Source: Balanoglossus misakiensis (taxonomy: Eukaryota > Animalia > Hemichordata). Taken from it: 64,000 nt of DNA. The stretch spans positions 1,488,001 through 1,552,000 of the forward strand of contig CM082577.2 of NCBI GenBank assembly GCA_040954595.2, in the 5' to 3' direction. Position 1 is the stretch's first letter. Every line of letters starts with the position of its first letter. The position numbers were made by a program, and so were the translations under genes. The notes below the pieces were generated by a model. It was not told where the DNA came from and searched no databases. It saw only the letters and a list, made by a program, of their open reading frames with translations. Below, piece by piece: positions 52,691 to 64,000 of this stretch.

Positions 52691-55600
52691 ATGGAGAGTA
52701 CTCACCACAGGGGCACCGTTATCAAGACGGGAATTTGGCGCTGCAACGCGCAGGACCCGAGTAAAGGCAGAGGAAAAGTAAGTGCCACATAATTGCTGCC
52801 GATCGACATGCGGAAGACTTCAAACCTGATATTGTTATAAATACTGTTAATAGGATTGTATCGCCGTGACGTGATGATTTTTGGCCAGTTTCACATCACT
52901 TCTTCCCATGTCTTACGAAAATACGATCAGCACGAGAAACTTTTTTATAAGATGGTAAAATCGCGTAATTGTTAAATTAATATGTATGTATACTAAATAC
53001 AGCATAATTTGGTATGATTTACACAGCAACGAGTAAAAGTTTCTATCGAAGTAGACGATGGTGGGATGATTCCAGCTGAATCTGGTAAGCGCAATAACTC
53101 CATGATATTGGCCAACAAGTCAACAACACGGAAAACCAGTTTTCACATATTCCATATCTTATACATGTAAATAGTAAACATTCTTTAGTTTAACTGTAAG
53201 AAAGCCTTTCGACCGTAGGTCACATTTTCTGTACAACTCCGTTTTTGTGATGAATTGTAGACTCGCATTGGCGTAATAACCAAAGCCTGCTTTTGAAGAG
53301 CAGGCTTCTGAACAAACAAAAAACGCCAAATCATTTTTGTCACATTGCATAACCATAAACAGGCCGGGGATTCCCCGGGTTTCTTTCCCCTGTTTCGGTG
53401 GGCCTACTTCCTCCTTGCACAAGCGGCAAGATATGCGTGGACCGGCCGCTTCACTTGCTTCGGGCCGAGATACAAGGCTTGGCACGAAAGTTCAAAAGTT
53501 CAGACAAACACGACGGTAGTTTCTCGGGGAATTCGGTGATGTCGTTTGAGGAGTTGTCCCCTTTGTGTAAACCGAAAGTAATATGACTTTGTTTACTGTG
53601 GGTACGTTATACGGCATCTCACGTTATGACGCATGGTATATCGTATATTAAAGTACGGTCACTCATGACCGTGATTAAAGCAGCTTCGCTACACGCACAG
53701 ACCGCGTGACTATAGACTATAGGACAACTTTAAAATTGATGTCTGTAAGGATTTGGGGTAGGGCACGGGTGGCAAATGGCGAACTGGGACACGACAGGTC
53801 TAGGAAGTCCTATCCCGTGACATAACAGGAAATACTACCCGCGGCTCTCACGGTTACCTTCACGCCGGCTACCGTGACTGTAACGGTGATTCGTGTTGTC
53901 AGCTTTTTTGAACGCGTGTTTCTTTCAAGTCGCCCACACATTCGATTTCGTAAACTTTTGATTTGTTTACTACATACATTCTAACTAGGCTTTTTGCTAC
54001 CTGGTGAGTGATAAAAGGGGTTCAGAAGCAAAATAAATGTCAAGTCATAAGCTCACTAAACTGATAATTGTAAAGATATAACTTTTAGACACCGATTAGT
54101 CATGAAATACAGTCCAGACACTCTAGAAATGGGCCCCGGCAGGGGACTAGGACCAGACTATGGTAGAAGTGTTTTCATATGATTTGACTGTCGTAATTAC
54201 ACGTATTGTATCTCTCCACAGTAATCATCAACCTTTACAAGCTCGCAAAGGACAGTCCCCTCATCTCGTCGACCAGAATCACGCAGGACAACTTCTGCGG
54301 CGCCGCCACCAGCCACATGCAGAAGACCTGCAAATCGTTGGTCATTCTGTACAAGACAGAAGAGGGCGAGAATAGGGGTATTCTGCTTAAGGACGGAGAC
54401 GGTTGCCCCAGCGTGGATGAACTCAAGTGTCGATTCCTGCAAGCGCTTCTGACAGAAAGTAAATGAATGATGATGATACATATTCACGCTTTCCTAGAAA
54501 TTGAGTTGGCGAGGGAGGGGGGGGGGGTACACAGTTGCCAAAAACTGGTATAAGTGTCTCTGTATATGTTTTTGTGACAAGTTTCTGGCTTTCGTGTTTT
54601 TGTGCCATCTAATGTTTTTATAATTTTTCTTGACAGGACAAATTTACGAAAATGTCGAATATGACGGGGAAATGAGGAATTTGTACGTGCTCAGAAGAAG
54701 GGTGGTTATGTGCAGACTGTTTTCCAAGACCGGCGGACTCCCGGTCTGTTGCTGGGATTCCCCGGTGGAGGCGTTGAGGAGGTCGTACTGCCGAGCCGGG
54801 GACGCGGTGTACGCGTTGAAACTGTCGGGCGCGGATAAGCAGGGCGCGGAGATCACCACGTTCCTCAAGACGAAAACATCAGACGACAGCGAGCACATCA
54901 ACACCACGGTGCAGAAGTTCGTGTCGGCGATGGATCGTGAAAGTCGCGGCAGTGACTGCAGCAGTGTCGACAGCGGGGTCGGAGACTCGGGGAGCGAGAC
55001 TGCCATCGCCGACAGCAGCCCGTCGCATGCGGACGATTCGTCACCGACGATTTCGCCGCCGCGCGTTTGGGTGGCGCAAGCGCGCGCGGAACTGATCGAG
55101 TCGCCACCGATCTACGCGCGCCCGGGAGATTCGGGCGACGATTCCCCGGCTAGCGACGCCACCGCCGGCGCCGAGGCGGAAGAAAAGTCAACTGGACTGT
55201 CCGAAGCGTGTCGGAGGAACTCTCTGCTTTGCAATCAAGACAGCCAAGAAGATCCCGTTAAACCGCGGTGTTCCTGCCCATCGTGCATCTCAAACTTGTC
55301 GGCCACTGTGCGTGATATGCCCGTGGGTATGGCACTACACGACAACCACTATGTAAATACCCAAGTCTATGAGAATAATCTCACGGAAAACGAAGAAATC
55401 ACCAAAGCGGTTCCAAAGAGACCGCCCCCTCCCTTGCCCAAGAGGACGTATAAGGTTAGTTGAGTCACAGAAGCAAGTCTTGTCAAGTACTCTAGAGGCC
55501 TTCATCATTATCAAACTTTCTAAGTCAATATTTAATAACTACTTTTCTCCTATTTCGAGGAATTGGTCACTCCCTGCTTCTGTTAATTATTAAACCGAAA

Positions 55601-56059
55601 ATCCAGTTTGGTTCGATGGATCCTAGATACTGGACATTCCATAAATGATCAGTGAAATTAATTCTTTCGTTTCAAATTTTCAAGTTCAATTTCTGTCTTC
55701 TTTTATAGAAGGAGCTGACCGACATGCAGCGTTTGATAATGTTGATCGACAAGAGGAACGACCAGGACAACGACTGGTTCACGTTTGAAGAACTTCACCA
55801 GATCAGCGAGCTGCTGTCGCCCGTCTGCCCGCTGGGCCACGACTGGCGAAGGCTGGTCGACTTCGCCGGGATCAGCATCACGGAGTTGGAGGGCGACATC
55901 GACGCGGTGGCCGCTCACTCGGGAAATTTGCCCGCGTACCTGTTCTTGACCTTGTGGCGGAAGGTGAGACCCCTGGACTGCAACAGGCAACGGGTCAAAG
56001 ACGTTTTGGGCGACATGGGCAGATACGATGTTCTCAGGGTCGTCTTCAAACAAGACTGA
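52691..56059 (+). CDS. Adaptor B: Dok-7-like PH-PTB, Ser/pY/Pro-rich linker and death domain (no UPA); 516 aa, 5 coding exons; paralogue of adaptor A
   Basis: Exons 52691-52777 (an in-frame ATG also at 52682), 53027-53084, 54222-54458, 54637-55454, 55709-56059. GT-AG; phases 0,1,1,0; 1551 nt in frame. The PH starts VIKTGIWRC. Shared with A: IEVD/LEVD, DNFCG, LVILYK/LVLIFK, NLYVL, FLKTKTSDDSEHI/FLRTKTTDDSERI, CxCxxC, YVN, PPPxPxR. Death domain: ISELLSPVCPLGHDWRRLVDFAG..LFLTLW..VKDVLGDMGRYDVLRV. Confidence 0.82.
53366..53376. promoter_or_regulatory. Near-palindromic kB site GGGGATTCCCC in intron 2 of adaptor B
   Basis: Matches the 11-bp p50-type kB consensus GGGRNWNYCCC; motif match only. Confidence 0.35.
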
Positions 56060-56839
56060 GGAAGAAGAGGATTTTCTTTCCCATGGGAGTACACACAGAG
56101 TAAAAGCAAAGACTCCGTCCACATTCCTCGCTACGTTAAATGTAAATCCACGTAATACATATTGCATTGTGGGTAAGAAGTCGACAATTCGTTGAAATAA
56201 GAGTTTGAAGAAATGTTACTGTATTTCACTGCTTAAAAACGCTGCTACACACTGGGACTACGTATTACTTTGACAACAGGAAGTGGATGCATTGTTTAAG
56301 TCAGCACAGTTATACTGAAACTCCTTCACCTTTATTTCCAGTTAGGAATGTCTGCCCACTTCCTCGTCAAAGTCAGCAAAAGGTCACATCAGTTTGGGTT
56401 GAAAATAAAGTCAGTGGATTTTATTAATTCTGAGACAAAAATTGGTCAACTTAGCCTTAAATTTCTCGAAGGTGGCACTTTTATAGTAATATGATGCATA
56501 AATCTAAAAACATAAAAATTGTGTAAAGAACATAATTATGATACACATGTACAATGTTCTCCCGTGGAATTGTTCAATAGTATTGATTTTATTTGCATGA
56601 CAATGAATGTAAGCAATTGTTATGGTAATAGATTCTATTGTTTTCACAAAATTAAAGAAGTACAAGCAGATCTCTACAACTCTTATTTTGTACAAAATAT
56701 AAACTCAATCCCTTTGAGACGACAGTGACACTGCACTCTGGTTGTTGTAAGTAGATACACACAATTGAACATGTTGGTACAGCCCACTTGTTGGCAGTAC
56801 TGGTATATATACACAGCTGGTGAGCTGAGGGAATTCCTA

Positions 56840-58450
56840 CTAGAAATCCAGGAGCTGTAAGTATAAAAGAAAACAATATTCATGACATATAACAACATTT
56901 TAGAGAGTATTTGTATTTTTGAAACAAAATAATTTGGTTGGAAACATAAATCTGATCGTCAGGATTGTTGCTGTGCAGAAATCACTCTGGAGAATGGGAA
57001 GAGCATTTTAACTATTTTGGAAAATAAGAACATTTTTACGTGTATTGCCATGGTCACTGCAGTGGAAGTACTGATGACTTTGGTTATCAGTTAATACTGA
57101 TTAATATTATTATCTATGGGTTGGCCACACTGGCAATCTATTTGGTTGAGGAACTTCGAGTTTAGTGTTTCACTTCTGTTTATTGTCTGGCTGAACAGCG
57201 GCTGAATCAAATCGTCAAATCGTAAAGCGCCCCCACTTGCCATTGATGACAAAACTTTTGTTTCCTTAAGTCATGCCATCAAACAAACGCATATTGCTAG
57301 CATCTTGAATGTTAGTTCATAACATGTTTTGTAGTGCAATTAATAAAAAAAACTGCAGCTAACACTGCATAATATCCAGCCACACCTTTGCCCACATCTA
57401 ATTAGTCTAAACTATGAGCTGAATATCACATGTATAATGAACATGATGAAGTAAAAACTTACCAGTTGAGGTAGTACTTTTTCAAAATGTTCTATTCCAA
57501 CCACGTCAGACGCTGCGGCTTTCGCCTGTAATTCTGATCTGTTGGCGGCTTCTGTGTGCACACACAAATGTATATCACGATTTAGTGTCTTCTCATGCGT
57601 TGTCTTGCATTTGTCCGATGTGAAAGATTTATGCGCGTAATTGCAGAATGCTGCTGCTGATCGTGGTTACAAAAACAGCAACACTCACACTGGAATCTGT
57701 TGTTTCTATTCCGACTAAAGTAAGGAACAGCCAGGTGTATGTAATCAGATTGGCTACTCACAGGCCATTTACAAAAAGAGGGTGCACGTCAAACACAATC
57801 TTAACCCAGTGGTAGCCATGAGGCCAAGGGATGTATTTATACAATCGTAATATATGAAATGATGTTATAATTTCTTGTAATTTATGAATTTATTATATGT
57901 AATTCATACATACCTAGCGTAAATATTCTTAGGTATTCTACAGCCAGCTTTAGTGCATCACTGTTGACTGTCAGATATATAATAAATAAATAAATAAATA
58001 AATAATAAATAAACAAATAAATAAATAAATAAATATGGAAAGTGTATAGAAATTAGAATACAATGTATATAACTCACTTTTCGTCTTTTCATCTTTGAAG
58101 TTATTTTGAAGAAGTTTATGCACAGTCTCCTGAAAAATGATAAATGAGAAAATTACATTTATTTCTATCGTTATCTGTACTCATGGATGTAAAGATATAT
58201 GGGTATAGACATAATCTGATTTGGTAGTGGTACTATGTAATACCTTTCCCTTTTACCAACTGGACTACCAAGTGAATTGTGTACCCGAAAGGAAGTCTAC
58301 GAAGTCCTGATGTTGTATCATGTTTCGTTAAGGTGTTAGGGTCCATCCTCAAAATCAGTCAGCCTCGTGGAGCTAAAGGCTAGCACCTACTAACGTTTTG
58401 CACCAGATACTTACGGCTTTGAATGTGGCGCCCACTTCGTCGTCCGCCAT
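56840..58450 (-). CDS. CENPX: Centromere protein X (CENP-X / MHF2 / STRA13), 81 aa histone-fold protein, 5 exons
   Basis: Exons (minus strand): 58450-58415, 58129-58078, 57967-57914, 57551-57463, 56854-56840; GT-AG; 246 nt. Protein MADDEVGATFKAETVHKLLQNNFKDEKTKINSDALKLAVEYLRIFTLEAANRSELQAKAAASDVVGIEHFEKVLPQLLLDF, with the diagnostic FKDxKTK and EKVLPQLLLDF ends. Confidence 0.95.
57983..58033. repeat. (TAAA)n microsatellite in CENPX intron 2
   Basis: Seen directly. Confidence 0.9.
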
Positions 58451-58911
58451 TTTGTGTTGATGTTTCGTGTAACTTTTCTCCAATCAGCATTCGAGCCTCT
58501 TTCCAAATATACCTATTTTCTTACTGTTAAACCGAAGTAAAAATATTTGTCGTGTTTATCGCTGAACAAACTGATTAGTTTTGTGCGTTATTTGTGTGAA
58601 GGGTAAGTTCATCGAGAGACGAACCTGCTAGATTCACCAAAATAACGCCGTGTTGACGAAGAACCATTTGAAATTCATCTCCATTTTAAAATGGTTTAGT
58701 CCAAATGGTCCGACACTTAAAAAAGCCCTCTAAGGTAGTAAAAATAGGGTGGATACTGAAGAAGTCCAACATCCAATCAAATGCATGAAATGACGTATTC
58801 TTGATAATGTTTAGAAAGTTAAGCGGATATGAAATTGCTAGGGTCATAGGTAACACAACTACAAATAAACGTACTACGATCGCGATCAAGACTAGACAGG
58901 GAGCGTGAAAC
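58451..58911. promoter_or_regulatory. Probable bidirectional promoter shared by CENPX and PCYT2
   Basis: Only 461 bp separate the divergent ATGs. The region is locally CpG-richer and has a CCAAT at ~58480; the CENPX start AAAATGGCGG is also a YY1-type motif. Confidence 0.6.

Positions 58912-64000
<5,089 letters not shown>

Noticed and set aside
54754-54763. kB-like GGGATTCCCC inside adaptor B exon 4
   Set aside because: Explained by the codons for WDSP; no independent regulatory evidence.
38016-56059. Functional ligand-adaptor coupling between noggin-like (Trunk-related) and the neighbouring RTK-type adaptors
   Set aside because: Adjacency in an animal genome is not evidence of a shared pathway; no receptor gene or other support is present in the window.

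Overview
Eukaryotic (animal) genomic DNA with GT-AG introns, most likely a marine invertebrate deuterostome; the species cannot be fixed from sequence alone. Seven protein-coding genes were assembled by hand from splice sites with consistent reading frames. (1) A 7-coding-exon BTB-BACK-Kelch gene (-, 5383-9099). (2) A noggin gene (+, 17705-18397, possibly with a tiny upstream coding exon). (3) A noggin-like gene with a 38-aa basic insert between Cys5 and Cys6 (-, 38016-38804), convergent with the noggin across a ~19.6 kb gene-free interval. (4, 5) Two tandem paralogues (+, 44691-50901 and 52691-56059) that encode an apparently undescribed adaptor: a Dok-7-like PH-PTB tandem, a linker with SH2/SH3 docking motifs, and a C-terminal death domain. 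The first paralogue also has a 3-exon UNC5-type UPA-like domain that the second lacks. (6) CENP-X/MHF2 (-, 56840-58450; absent from the ORF track). (7) PCYT2 (+, 58912 to the window end), head-to-head with CENP-X and carrying a U12-type minor intron. The window also contains microsatellites, MITE-like repeats and a long-hairpin element. The PH-PTB-(UPA)-death adaptor pair is the main candidate for a novel system, potentially linking receptor tyrosine kinase signalling to death-domain/NF-kB signalling. All domain calls were made by eye from remembered family sequences and need profile searches to confirm.
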